DNA from: a virus
Taxonomy: Duplodnaviria > Caudoviricetes
Reading direction: 5' to 3' (one strand)
Virus record (IMG/VR): IMGVR_UViG_3300028399_000010
Coordinates: 1-46,698 of that record
DNA: 46,698 nt
The notes beneath the pieces were generated by a model that saw only the letters and a list, made by a program, of their open reading frames with translations, did no database searches and was not told the DNA's origin. The number at the start of each line of letters is the position of its first letter. Within the stretch, counting starts at the first letter, position 1. Positions 46,493-46,698 of this stretch are shown here, piece by piece. A program made the translations under genes and the position numbers.

Positions 46493-46698
<206 letters not shown>

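Overview
Large, probably incomplete segment of an AT-rich (roughly one-third GC by eye) tailed dsDNA bacteriophage with podovirus-like, Crassvirales-reminiscent architecture, standard genetic code. The + strand arm (1-9843) holds small early/accessory genes, a DUF932-like protein, a Dam-family methyltransferase, a DnaB helicase and a Holliday-junction resolvase-like nuclease. A tightly coupled - strand late region (45363 down to 9844) runs terS, terL, portal, scaffold, major capsid, two paralogous decoration proteins, head-tail adaptors, fibre, lysis cassette, nozzle, C1q protein and five ejection (cargo) proteins. A short + strand early block (45676-46427) is followed by an AT-rich palindrome and a poly-A artefact. 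The main finding is a 2472-aa virion polyprotein combining an ejection-type N-terminus, a GNAT domain, two HExxH zincin domains and a single-chain two-barrel RNA polymerase (ADFDGD). The five cargo proteins (about 4650 aa) contain only two cysteines by my reading, facing each other across the stop/start junction of the two largest genes (SCK-stop-MKC), suggesting a covalent link between them. Also noted: twin structured RNA-like elements at 1081-1335, a chimeric head-connector/lysozyme scar marking lysis-module replacement, two genes broken by -1 frameshifts, and strong GATC avoidance. No DNA polymerase, primase, integrase, canonical tRNA or CRISPR array was seen. All assignments come from motif recognition by eye, not database searches.
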